Program-made: the position numbers and the translations under genes
Assembly (NCBI GenBank): GCA_010909165.1
Contig: MU008200.1
Coordinates: forward strand, 310,001-374,000
DNA: 64,000 bases
Direction: 5' to 3'
DNA from: Anthoceros angustus
Lineage: Eukaryota > Plantae > Anthocerotophyta
Notes under the pieces: generated by a model
What the model was told of the DNA's origin: nothing
The model's database searches: none
The model's input: only the letters and a program-made list of their open reading frames with translations
Shown here: piece after piece, positions 33,541 to 46,410 of the stretch
Layout: each line of letters opens with the position of its first letter
Position numbering within the stretch: position 1 is the stretch's first letter

Positions 33541-36500
33541 CCCGTCCATTCATCGACGACTGGGCCACCTCCTCGAGGTGCTGCTCTTTATTGAAAGAAT
33601 ACAATGAAGAATACAATGAAGAATACAATGATGGAATTTGGCTATCTATGCCCAATTGGCTACTGCCCTTGATTCCACGACAAGCTCACTAGCTAGCTCT
33701 CTCAACACAAGGCTTGCAGCGCACACTTGCTGCTCTCTCAAGGAGTGAGTCCAACTTGTTCCTCAAAGCCCTTGCTCTAGCCCTTATATATCCCACAGCC
33801 TGACCTCAACTAGGCAAGTGTTAAATCTAGGGATTCTTACAGACCACTGATCACTAAGAGTCCTCTCTAGGCAGCTCTTCATTTGTGGCTGTAGCAATTC
33901 CTCTAACAAGAGATTGCATGAAGCATGCAACATATGCATCTTCTTAACAGGGCAGCTACTAACTTAGCTTTTTACCTCTTTTAACTTTTCACCTTTCTAT
34001 CTTGTTTTGCCAGTGCCGTTACTCTCTCCCCCATTGGGAAGATGTCATTGTCCTCAATGACTTCCAGTGTAACGCGAGATCATCCATGATCCTTGTTGCA
34101 CATCTTCAAGTGAAACCCAGATAGGATCTGCATAACCACGAAGCCTTACCAGATACTTTGGTACATTACCACGGACAGCAGACGCTTCTCTCTTTGCCAG
34201 GAATTCAACAATCTCCCGCAGACCTTGATTGTGTTGAACGAGGACTATATAATCCTTCTTGTTCATATCCTCATTCTCTTTCGAAATCACAAATGGTTTC
34301 AGCAAAAAACATGAAATACATTATGAAAGAAGATCCATTCGGGCAACTGTAGTTTGTAAACCACATCTCCAATGCGCTTCAGAACTACGAAAGGTCCTCC
34401 ATACTTAGGCCTAAACTTTGAGGTCAACCCTTGTGGTAGTGGGAAATTCTTCAATTTCACCCACACCTTGTCTCCTACTTGAAACTCGCCTCTTGCACAT
34501 GCTGTCGAAACTTCTTTTGCCTCGAGCCTTGGCCAATATCTTCTTAGCAACTTCATGCCCCTTAAGCGCTCAATGAATTCACGTGGTTCTCTTGCTGTCT
34601 CAAACACGTCAGCATTCAACATGGAAACTACGTCCATTGCTTCGTTACCTGTCATCTGAAAAAGGTGTGTAGCCTGTGGAGCTATGTCTGTTATTATAAC
34701 AAAATTCATCCTCAAGATGATTACTCGGTCTCCGGTCCATCATACATAGTGTCGTAAGTATTCTTCTTGGATTCTTCACCCTCTCATTGATCCATGTATC
34801 GGTGGTACTGTGCTCATACATAATTGCACTCCTAAGCTCTTCATAAGTTGCCAAAACTCTATAAATCTGGGATCTCTGTCACTCTGCATAGGGTCCATGT
34901 AACACATATACATGCTTCTTGAACAATCGAGCAACTTAAGCTTTCACTTTCTTAGGGATGAAGTGTGCTTGCTTGAATCTATCAACCATCATGATAGTGT
35001 GTGTCCATTCTTGGTGGCAATGGCATAATGAAATCCATTGATATACTTTTCCAAGGCCCACTTGGAATAGGCGGGGTTGCAACAAACCTCGCGGTTTGTC
35101 TCCACCTTATCCTGGCGATCTACACAAGACTTAACATACTCAACAATATGCTTGTACATTCCAGGCCAGTAAAACAGCTTTCTCAACTTCTCATAAGTTG
35201 GGTCAATCCCTCTATGACCTGCACTTGGCACATCATGACACTCTGCAAGCAACTTCCTTCTCAACACATGAGAATCAGGAATCACAATCTGTTTTTTGAA
35301 CATCAACAAGCCATTTCTAAGCTTAAACTTAGATCCGGTTGCTCCACTTCATTGATCCAATCACTAATGGATCGCGTAGATAAGCTTCCTTGATCTGCGT
35401 GTGAGAGTCCCTTGGCTCAATCACCATCTGTGTTGCAACTAGCTTAGGTCTCTTTAGCGTAAAAGAAGTTATCAAACTTAAACTCTGCTTGCAACTCAAG
35501 GCATTTGCCACGAGTTCTCCCTCCCTGGCTTGTACTTGATAGACACATCATACATTGCTAGGAAATCTTGCCATGTAGCCCGTCTTGCGCTTAGTCGCAG
35601 CTGGTTTGTAAAGAAGCTCGTGCTTACATTGTCTGTGTACAGTACAAAAGATCCTCCTAGAACATAATGTCTCCAAATCTTGAGACAATTGATGATAGCA
35701 GTCATCTCCTTTTCATAAATGGGGTGATTCCTTTCATGTTTCCTTGACTCGTAAGCTACCGACCTACCTACTTGCATGAGCACTCCACCAATTGCAATAT
35801 CTGATGCATCAGTATATACTTCTATATCCTTCTTCGGCTCAAGAGATCAGTTAATGGGATAGCAATCTTGGCAAACATCAATCGCAAATCTTACACACGC
35901 TAGCCAATCCCAAAAACATCGCACCTCGTGCACATTCGTTGGCGGCAGCCAACTCTGTATGACCTTTACCTTATCCTGCAGGATCCATCCTGATACCATC
36001 CGCAGAGACAATGAATCATATATCATAAGAAGGCTATCTCTTCCTTAACAAAAGCACACTTTGTTACAGCTAAGAACAAAGAATTTGCTCTTAACCTTAA
36101 AGGTCTAACACTTTCCTCAAGTGTTAACAGGACATGCTCTTTCAAAGTAGAACTATATGTCATAATGTCATCCAAGTAGATCACAGCACACTTATCCATC
36201 AGATCTCTGAACATGGTATTCATGAGAGTCTGAAATATGGCTGGTGTATCAGTGAGTCCAAATGGCATGACAAGGAGGAACTCAAAAGATCCATACCTTG
36301 TTCTACAAGGAGTCTTGTATTCATGTCCTTGTGCGATGCGAATCTGGTAATAGCCTGCCATTAGATCCAGCATGGTGAAATACTTAGCACCTCTCAATCT
36401 GTCAAACAAGTCATCCATCCTTGGCAAAGGATATGAATTCTTCATCATTATCGATTGAGTGCTCGTAATCCAAGCATAATCTCAATCCTCCATTCTTCTT

Positions 36501-36769
36501 GCGTGAACAACACTGGCGCACCAAATGGGGACTTTGAGATTCTCACATAGCCCTTGGCTAGCAGGTTAGACATCTGTCTCTTCAGCTCTTGTAGCTCATT
36601 TTGCGATAATCTATATGGTGCTCTTGAAGGCGGTGTACTTCCTGGTTTGAGATCTTTTTCATGATCTACAATTCTTCTAGGAGGTAAAGGAGGCAACTCA
36701 TCAGGCATCAAGTCCTTGAACTCATTCAAGACAGCCTGCACTTCCCTTGGAATCTTTGGCTGCTCTTGA
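33541..36769 (-). mobile_element. Chromovirus family A 3' half: RT, RH, INT, chromodomain (34054-34230), PPT and truncated 3' LTR (33541-34023)
   Basis: YPLPRMDDLFDRL, YLDD, YTDASD, CHDVPSAGHRG..YWPGM, PKYGGPF, YLVRLRGYADPIWV. Confidence 0.92.
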
Positions 36770-37132
36770 TGTTGAGGATGCAGCTTACTGAGTTTGTTAA
36801 GATGGATATGACTATCTATGCGTAAAAGATGTAGATGATTGAGCTTACTATAAGTGTATAGAAGTGGATAAATGGGAAAGATATTCTCCATATTGAGTAG
36901 GAAACGTGAGTGACACTTTTTAGGGTTTAAAAAGGGGTGAGACAAGCTAGCTATAGTAGGTTCAGCTCTTTGACTATTGTCTTTGTGTTGTTTGCTCAAA
37001 GTTGCTCTTCATTTGTGTTTTAAGGCCTCGTTTAGGTGGTCTTAGTTTTGCAATTCTGAACACTTGCTTTCTTGACACTTCTGACCCTCTTGAAGCATGG
37101 CTAGCTTCCAATCTCAACAGGTTATGGGCCCA
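36770..37132 (+). mobile_element. Copia-1 5' LTR (36770-37119) plus PBS GGTTATGGGCCCA (37120-37132)
   Basis: TG...CA termini, reverse complement of 10194-10539. PBS of the half-tRNA-iMet type. Confidence 0.9.
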
Positions 37133-40100
37133 CACCCAAGGCATGGTGACACTACAAGGAAGGATGCAAAGCAATGGAAAGAAGCTATGGATGATGAGAT
37201 GAAGTCGTTGAAGAAAAATGACACTTGGGTATTAACCTCCTTGCCTGCAGGAAGGAATGGTATTGGGAGCAAATGGGTGTTTAGAATCAAGAGAGATTCT
37301 TTGTGTACCACCTTTCCTTCTTCCAAATTACGATTTCCTCGCAATCCCTCCATCGCTCCTTGCCACCATCATCGCCTCCGCCACAGCCCTTGATGCTCAC
37401 CTGGAGAAGCACTCCAGTCTCCTCGCGCCCATGCTGGCGTTCTCTTGTCTTCCCCCGGATTTCCAGATCATCCTGCTGCAACTGTTCCTGTACCACACTC
37501 CCTTCTTGCTCATCCATCCCCTTTGTCGGCAACGAGCCTGCCTGGTCAATCCTTAGGCCGTCTCCCACATGTTCACGTCCTCCTCCGTCGACCCGAGTGG
37601 TGGCAACCACCTCCTCGTCAGGAAATCGGTCATCCGTGGCCTCAAGTCGTTCTCCAGTTTTCAGACGAGAAAGAGGCGCCTCTACGAAATTGCTTGCGCC
37701 TTCCTGGTGACTCTTCCCTTCAATTTGGAAGATGCACAACTAATGCATGTGACTTCTTGTAAGACTGCAAGGGAAGCTTGGCAAAAGCTGGAGGCGCTGA
37801 TATGAGAACAAGAGCCTTGTGAACCGCTTGTTTTGAGGAGAAGGTTCTTCACTCTTCAAATGGGTGTTTAGAATCAAGAGAGATTCTTTGTGTACCACCT
37901 TTCCTTCTTCCAAATTACGATTTCCTCGCAATCCCTCCATCGCTCCTTGCCACCATCATCGCCTCCGCCACAGCCCTTGATGCTCACCTGGAGAAGCACT
38001 CCTCCTCGCGCCCATCTTTGGCGTTCTCTTGTCTTCCCGATTTCCAGGATCATCCTGCTGTTCGCTACCACACTCCCTTCTTGCTCATCCATCCCTTTGT
38101 CGGCAACGAGCTGCTGTGGTCAATCCTTAGGCCGTCTCCCACATGTTCACGTCCTCCGTCGACCCGAGTGGTGGTGGCAACCACCTCCTCGTCGAAATCG
38201 GTCATCCGTGGCCTCAAGTCGTTCTCCGGTTTTGACGAGAAAGAGGCGCCTCTGAAATGATTGCGCTTCCCCGGTGACTCTTCTTGCAAGTCTTCCAGTC
38301 ATACAACAACTTGATCGTGGCTTTGGAGTCAAGAATAGAGACTTTGACTTTTGAGATTCTTGTGAGCGACTCTTACATGAAGAGACAAAAAGAAGAAAAA
38401 GATGGTAAGAGGAAGATATGAGGAATCAGCTTTTGTGGCCAAAAGCCTCGAACACTCAAGTTCCATCAAGCTAGGGAAGGTCCTTCTCAATCTGTAGGAG
38501 GATATAGAAGGTCCAACATAACTTGCAACTACTATGGCAAGGTTGGACACATTAGGAACTGTTTCAAGAAGGGACAGAAAGCAAGACCTCAAAACAGTGC
38601 TGAAGACTTTGATGAGGCCTTTGTGAGTACACATCACCACTCAAATGAAGCTGACAGGTGGTATATCGATTCAGAGCTTGAGCATATGACCAATAGGCGT
38701 GAATGGTTTCACTCTTTCAAACCCACTCCTGCAACTAACATTTACTTGGGTGATAATTCGGCTCAAAAATGTGAGGGAGAAGGAGTTGTATTTCTAACCA
38801 TGACCACTCCTAAAGGGCCTATTCGTGGGATGTTAAAGAAGGTCCTCTATGTGCCAGGCCTGAGCAAAAACCTCTTCTCCGTTAGCGGCTACCTCTCAAG
38901 GGTTGAGAGTGAGATTTGAGGAAGCTGGAGTGACCTTCACGAATGCAAAAGAAGAAGTGAGAGCACAAGGAGTGAAGGTTGGAAAGATGTATTGTTTAAG
39001 TGGGAGTACTGTGGTGTCAAGCTCAAGAATGGAGGCAAATGTGGTACAAGAGCACAACAACAAGCTACTATTGTGGCACCAAAGATTGGGACATCTTGGA
39101 GTTCAAAACATCAAGCTCATGGAGAAGAAAAAGATGGTAAGAGGACTTGAGCTTTGAGAGGAGGAAGATATAGGTATTTGTAGAGGTTGCATGATGGAAA
39201 AGCAACATCGATTTCCATTTCCAAAAGGAGGAAGTAGAGTTAACCATGTGCTTGATTTGATTCACTCATACATATGTGGCCCCATGAAGACCACATCTCT
39301 AGGAGGGGGCCAAGTATTTCCTCACTTACTCAGATGACAAGCCAAGGTATACCAAGGTTTACTTCCTCAAATCCAAGGATGCCTGTTTATCCAAGTTCAA
39401 GGAGTATAAAGCACTTGTGGAGAATCAAATTGGTAGAAAGATAAAAGTTTTAAGGAGTGACAATGGAGATGAGTATATGTCCAAGGATTTGGAAACTTTT
39501 TGCAAGGAGCACGGAATCATGCAACAATTTTCGGCCCCTTACACTCCTCAGCAAAATGGAGTTGTGGAAGGGAAAAATAGAATTTTGGTAGAATGTACTA
39601 GGAGCATGCTTCATCATCAACAATTGGGCTATGAGTTTTGGGGGGAAGCCATTGCAACTGCTGTCTACCTAACTAATAGAAGTGCAAGTGCATCATTAGA
39701 GGATATGACACCGGAGGAATGATGGTTAGGGAGGAAGCCTTCTATTGCTCACTTGCATGTGTTTGGGTGTAGAGCATTTGCACATAAACCAAAAGAAGTC
39801 AGGAGCAAGCTCGAAGGGAAGGCATTGAGTGCATTTTTGTGGGCTATGATATTGATAGAAAGGCCTATAGATTATATGATAAGGCATCTAGGCGCATCAT
39901 CATTAGTAGAGATGTGGTTTTCGATGAGGCGGAGACTGTAGATAGCGAGAAATTTCCTATTGTTGATGCTCATGAGGTTGTGATACCTCATGGGAATGAA
40001 ATGATCCCTAGCGAGGGAAACAATGAGGAAGAACCCTTGAGAGAAGAAATTCTTCCTCCGAGGAGACATCCAACAAGGGAGCGTCGTCCACCAAGAGATT

Positions 40101-40321
40101 GGAGAGAAGGACCATAGTTTGCATCCATTGCTATGGAATATGGGAGGGAACGAAGAATAATAGCTGAAGCACTACAAGGGAAGGATGCAAAGCAATGGAA
40201 AGAAGCTATGGATGATGAGATGAAGTCGTTGAAGAAAAATGACACTTGGGTATTAACCTCCTTGCCTGCAGGAAGGAATGGTATTGGGAGCAAATGGGTG
40301 TTTAGAATCAAGAGAGATTCT
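37133..40321 (+). mobile_element. Copia-1 second copy: scrambled gag, PR, INT and RT N-terminus; truncated
   Basis: 38440-39740 mirrors 25121-26420. 39740-40321 mirrors 11810-12617. Foreign Gypsy segments are inserted at 37301-37725 and 37888-38280. Confidence 0.88.
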
Positions 40322-41303
40322 TTGTGTACCACCTTTCCTTCTTCCAAATTGCGATTTCCTCGCAATCCCTCCATCGCTCCTTGCCACCATCATCGCCTCC
40401 GCTTGCAGCCCTTCAGACTGCTCACCCTGGAGAAGCACTCCAGTCTCCTCGCGCCCATGCTGGCGTTCTCTTGTCTTCCCAGTTCGGATCATCCTACTGT
40501 TGCATTCGTACCACACTCCCTTCTTGCTCATCCATCCCCTTTGTCGGCAACGAGCCTGCCTGGTCAATCCTTAGGCCGTCTCCCACATGTTCACGTCCTC
40601 CTCAAATGGCCAGTGGTGGCAACCACCTCGTCGTCAGGAAATCGGTCATCCGTGGCCTCAAGTCGTTCTCCAGTTTTCAGACGAGAAAGAGGCGCCTCTA
40701 CGAAATTGCTTGCGCCTTCCTGGTGACTCTTCCCTTCAATTTCGTTGCTGCTTCCACCCGCCTGGTGCATCGCCTTCGAGCCCACTGCTCCCCTCAGCAC
40801 CTCAGTGAAGGACTGGTGTGGAGCGTAAGAGGAAGAGGAAAAGAGAGGGAAGGAAGGCTGCCGTCGCCATTGCCGCTGGATACGTGAAGGAGGCAGGTTG
40901 TGCGCGAGTTGAAGGTTGGGAGGAAGCTCTAGCTCCAGGCGACCGGCGAGAAAGAGAGGGCGAGAAAAGGAGAAAGAAGTGGAGGAGAGGAAAGTGGCGA
41001 TCGGCATGGAGGCGTGAGAAGGCGCCCGAGGCTGGCTCTTTGGAATGTTAAATTTCTGTAAGTGTAATAGTCCACGAGTCAAGAGCGGAGAAGAACACGG
41101 ACCTTGATTGCTTGGCACAGAAAAGGGGTGGCGAGGCAATTGGCAGTGGGAAGCGGCGGCCAGGACTAACGTGGGTGTGTCTCGGTGGGGTTTGCTGCCG
41201 GCGAGGAGAAACGTTGGAGAGCGAAGCCCTGAGGCTGCCAGTGTCTGCGATTGGGGAGTAATTCCTTTGACATTTTGAAGCCCTTGGGAAGTAAGAGGAC
41301 GCC

Positions 41304-43958
41304 ATGACTCGGGCAGCGAAAGGCAAGGGGAAGGTGGCGCCCGCCAAGGGCTCATCCTCAGGAGGAGGAAGAGGCAAGAAGCCAGCAGCGGAAGCCGCGC
41401 CACCAGGAGGAGGCGATTTTGAGATGCCACAATTTGCGTGTTTTGCAGGGCAACTCAATCCCATGGATTTGGTGGATTTTAGGCAATGGGCGAGGAAGAA
41501 AACATCCAATTGGGGTGGGTGTATGGCCGCCAATGGGCCTACACCAATTTGGAGCTAATTGAGGACTGTTTCATCAACCTCCATCAATCGGAGGCAGCCC
41601 TTGCCGTGCTGGGAGAAATCTGGTGATGCTTTCTTTGGGCGGCCGGAGCGTCGCCAGTGTATGGGAGGCCAGAGGAGGAGAGCTCAGGGATCGCTCTCCT
41701 CGAGAGGACGAATGGGGGGAAGAGAATTTCCACTTCGGAAATTCCGCAAGAGGTCCTAGACATGATGGACGGAGGACTAAAGGCCCACGTCAAGAATGGT
41801 TGGAAGACGGACAGCATCAAGGAGCTGAAGTGGAGGCTCTTTGCCAAGATTGTTTTGGGATTGGTGAATTACCAACGCACTTCTTATTTTAGCACCAATT
41901 TCCTTCAATTCTTGTGGAAGATTTCGGGAGGAGCCAAGCCGGATTGGGGGACCATCATGTATGAGGCCTACATCCACCACAAGGAGAAGCTTCTCAAGCC
42001 AAACACTGTGGATGAAGAAGGAGCAAGGCCATGCTACCTCAGCACCTACTTGGTGCACTTATGGGAGACGGAGGGGCTCTTGACCAGCAAGGAGCTCAAG
42101 GATGCTTGGCATCCTTTCAAAATTATTCACCTTAGGCCAAACTTGAGAGGCCTTTACCCTTCGCCTTGAGAAAGACCATAGGAGGGCAGACTTCCTCAAG
42201 CATGCTAGGGCCAAGGATTGAGGAGGTGGAGGCAGCACCGGCGAGGTTGCCGGAGTGGGAGGCTTTTCCCCCATAGGAAGAACGCGGAGGAGGAAGCAAA
42301 GATCAGGCCATAGAGTGGTGGTGTATGAGGGGGCATCTACCACGGTAGGGGAGGCGGACCACCGGTAAGGAGGTAGCCCCAAGGTGGGAGGTCAGCCCAC
42401 CCTTACAGTGGTCACCCTACCAAGGTAGGCAGCCAACCTCTGCGGTAGGTAGGCAGCCAAGTTAGAGAAGGCAGCCTACCACGGTAGGGAGGCAACCTAC
42501 GGTGGTAGGGACTCAACCTACCGCGGTAGGTAGGCACCCTACGCCAGTAGGCAAGCAGCCTACAGCGGTAGGGAAGAGGAAGAGGGGTCAGCGAGAGGCG
42601 CCGCGGGCCGCGCCTAGGCCGCCATCACCCGCGCTCGGTGGAAGGGCAGATGGGGCGACGGTACGAGGACTACCCCGCCATGCGACGGTCCGAGAAGTGC
42701 AAGGGAGCTGGAAATTTCCAGCAAGATGCCGACGGGGGCGAAATTGGGGCCCCTAGGAGATTTCCTGAGTACCTGTGAGGTACTCAGCCGTGTGCATTTG
42801 AAGGGAGCGAGGGAGATAACAGCCTCCCTATTGGTGTGCCAAGAGGAGATTCGGGCAAACAAGGCCCAGGAGATGGAGGAGCGATGAGGCGGGACCAAAT
42901 GGCAGCTGGAGGCCATGGAGTCCGATGAGAAGGCAGCCAAGTTAGAGAAGGCTGTGGAGAAGCTCCAGCGGGACCTTATAGACCAACGGCGAGCGGAGAA
43001 GGTCCTGGAAGGAAGGTTGTCCCAAACCGAAGAAAGAGCCATCCGGGCGACAAATCAACGGGACACATGGAGGCAAAAGGCGGACGAGCATTTTGCCCAG
43101 CTAGAGCAAGAGCGGAGGAGTAAATTTGAAGCTCTAGGGAGAGAGAAAGCAGTCCAGCAGGTGGAGGCATAGGGGCAGGTGATGGCCACCCAAGCCATCA
43201 AAATCCGGGACATGGAGGAGGAATTGCGAAGAACCCGGTTTAATTTGGAGGAAAAGCATACGGAGTTAAACGCTCAAGACCTCCAAGTGCAAGAGCTGGA
43301 GCGCGAGAAGGTTGCTTGGCAGGAGGAGAGGGAGAGACTTGCCAAGCAAATGGCCGAGCTGGAACAAAGGAGGTTCGAGGAGGAAGAGCACCACAAGAAG
43401 GTGGTGCATAGGATGCTGGTAGTAAGGAAGAGACGGTTTTGGGCGGACTATGCCCTTCAAGCAAAATTAACCAGCCGACTTAGGGAAGCAAGGGAGGAGA
43501 ATGTAACCCTCCATGTGAAGGTGGGCGAATTGACCACCGCGAGAGACGCCTACAAGGGTATGTGTGAAGATGGAGAATGGCCCACGGAGCTCGATGACCT
43601 CCAAATGCAGTACCATAGCTTGGGAGCCCATCTTCACAACAGGATATTGAAGGCCAACAACGAGGTGTTGCGTTTGGCCAAGAGGAGGACTTTGGGTCCT
43701 CATGATGATGATCGGGAGGTGCTGCTACAGGTGCAACCAGAGGCCTCGGACTTTGATGAGGCCACAAGTGACATGGACTCCGAGGAGTCTGGAGAGACGG
43801 GGGACGGAGGAGAGACCGTGGCGCCGAAGGAAGGAGATGGTGCCGAGAGCAAGGTGGGAGGTCAGCCCACCCTTACAGGTGGTCACCCTACCAAGGTAGG
43901 CAGCCAACCTACTGCGGTAGGTAGCCACCCTACGCCGGTCCCTGAGCGCCCGCGATAG
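41304..43958 (+). mobile_element. Extra ORF of non-chromovirus Gypsy family B (globular N-terminal part, 7-aa repeats, long coiled coil, acidic tail); frameshifted
   Basis: ORFs 41304-41558, 41657-42169, 42915-43172 and 43179-43958 are collinear. The homologous end at 55403-55720 lies between pol and the LTR. Confidence 0.65.
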
Positions 43959-44248
43959 ACTCCTTGCTGCTAAGGCAGGACCTGCAATTGTGTTGTGTCG
44001 TTGTAGGTCGAGAATTGGTAATTTTTCGGGGCAGTGCACGAGGTGCAGCTGCTGTGGAGGGAGAGTAGAGGGCGCCTTGCTTGTTTAGAAGGCTGAGGTA
44101 TTGTGTCACTGCAGGTAGCGATTGTTTCCCCAGAACCCGATCGTTCACACAAGTCTCATGGGACGAAACCCAACGTACAAGCGACAGTGGGATAAGTGTG
44201 GCCGCTAGAGGGGGAAGCCTCGGAAGCCCCGGGGTTTTCCCTCCCACA
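43937..44248 (+). mobile_element. Family B LTR, 3' portion
   Basis: Reverse-complement match to 53611-53905 and 50290-50570. Ends ...TTTTCCCTCCCACA. Confidence 0.8.
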
Positions 44249-45563
44249 ACCACCTTACTTGTAGGAGGCTTCCCTCCTACCGTTCCATTAGTAGGAGGTA
44301 AATCTCCTACTTCTTCACACTTACCTGTGGACTTAGGTAGCTCCACAGCTTTCCCTCCGGGGGCTTCTCCCCTTCCTTCTTGTCCTCCTTCCGAGGGAGA
44401 CGAATTTCCCTCGGCCGCTATAGTGCCTACACCTTGTAGGTGCACTCGTAGGATTAGGCCTACCTCCCTCTTCCTTGTCCGATGCTCCCATTAAGGAAGG
44501 TCCTACCGGGGTGGTCCCGGGTGCTTCTTCACTCGCTTGCCGGGCTATGTTCAATACAGCCTGTCTCTCCTCATACCATCCGGCCACTTCAGCCTCCAAA
44601 GCTGCCATGCCCTCAGGCGTTAGGATGGCCAGATCCGTTTCCTCTTCCTCCTCATTCTATCTTTCCTCAATGGTTTCTAGGAGGTTGTTGTAGTAATTGG
44701 GCAGAGTTATTGGCCACTCTGCCACTTTCCCTCTTCTGTGCGTCCATGATTCTAACTCGTAGTGGGTTGACGAGTTCCTCCCACTCAGCCATATTTGCCA
44801 CCTTCATTACAGCGGTCTCTCTTTCGATCTCCGCCCTTTCCAGTTCCAAGGTGAGCTTCCCAATCTCCTCATCTTTTTGCTTGGCATCTGTTACCAAGCC
44901 CTTTACTGCTATTGTTGTGGCTCTAGCTTGTTCCTCATTGAGGGCTTGTACTGCCTTCAAGGTATGTCGGACCGTCAACACTTCCTTCCTGCAGTTCCTG
45001 GCCTCCGTCCCCTAGGCGTTGGCAAGGTTATTCAATTGCTGTCGCTGCTGGTCCAGGAGTTCCCTCGTGATGTGGAGCTCCTCTCTGAGTCCTCTAGCGA
45101 CATTGTCCCACTCCTGCTTCTCGCTTGCTAGGCCATCGGATTTCCCTTTGTAATACTCCTTTCGCTTGTCCATGGCCAGCAATCTCTTCTGTAGGAGGTC
45201 CTTCTCATCCTCAAGGTCCTTTCGGGCCTTGCTAGCTGTGGTAGTAACTGCCTCCTTCTCTCTGTTCGCTTCTCTTACCCTCTCTAGGGCCGTTCTCAAA
45301 TGCTCCTCCGCCTGATTTTTGGCGGTTTCCATCTCTTCAGCCTTCTTGGCTGAATTGGCCTCCCTCCCCAAGACTTGGTCTATCATTTTCCACACATTCA
45401 CCAACTTCGTGGTGATTCTATCTCACTCCTTGGCCAAGTCTAGGATAGAGTGTTGCTTCTCGGAGGTTGTCTTCAAGGCTCCCTTGAGCTTCTTCTCCGC
45501 ATCCTGCAATTCTTTCTTCACATCCCAAAGTTCAACACGAACTTCGGCCGTTTCTCTCAAACT
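44249..45563 (-). mobile_element. Coiled-coil extra-ORF remnant of another Gypsy family
   Basis: ORFs 45012-45404, 44667-44981 and 44333-44608 are E/K/R heptad-rich, with CCTAC/GTAGG repeats like family B. Confidence 0.45.
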
Positions 45564-45854
45564 GCACAAAGGGAAATTGAACAGCTTGCATCCTTACATG
45601 ATCTTGTAGGGCCTGCAGAAGCGTTGTGATTAGTTGTACAGATCATTTAGAAATCATTGATCTGTAGCACACAAATCCATAGGTGCAGGATTAGATCAAC
45701 GCACATGCTCCAAACTTGGAATGAATACCCTAGTCTCCTTTTCCAGACTAGAGTACATATTATGCCTGTAACAGAAAGAGGTATTAGTAGTGGTTTCGGC
45801 ATAGATTTCTCTTGGTTGGAGTGGGTAACACGGCCAACTGTTAGGAAAGCTAAG

Positions 45855-46410
45855 ATGGGTGATGCAGCTTCCTCTTCTGGTGGAATCTCAAATGACAGTT
45901 TTAAGGAAAAGGATAGATTCGGAGGGCATGACTACAATATCTGGGTCATGAGGATGAAGGGAGCACTCCAGGCTAAAAAGCTTTGGAAGGTAGCGAGATG
46001 GAGCATCGAGGCTCGGGAGGATCAGGATGCATGGTCAGTCAAGAATGACGCAGCCTTGTATCTGCTCCGAAGTGGCCTAACATCAGACATGTTGAGGCAA
46101 ATTGTCGGAGCTAACACTGCAGCAGATGTGTGGAATCGTCTCCGGGATCTGTACTCCGGCTCCAACACCACAAGCCAGATGACTGCTCTTAAGAATCTCC
46201 ACAACCTCAAAATGAAGGAAGGGGAGTCAATAGAAAAACATATAGGCAACTTCAGGACCCTAGTTTCAAAGCTAGAAAGCTCCTTTAGGGAACCCTTGAA
46301 GGATGAGCTATACGTTATGTACCTACTGCTCTCCTTGCCTGCCTCCTGGTCACACTTTGTGACGTCTTACAATACCTCTCAGATGCAAGCTAAGAAATTG
46401 GCTAAGGTAG
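45855..46410 (+). mobile_element. Copia-3 gag (UBN2-type) fragment
   Basis: RFGGHDYNIWVMRMKGALQAKKLW, TAADVWNRL, LKMKEGESIEKHI, LLLSLPASWSHFV. Confidence 0.85.

Noticed and set aside
33595-33632. GAATACAATGAA x3
   Set aside because: Trivial slippage repeat inside an LTR.
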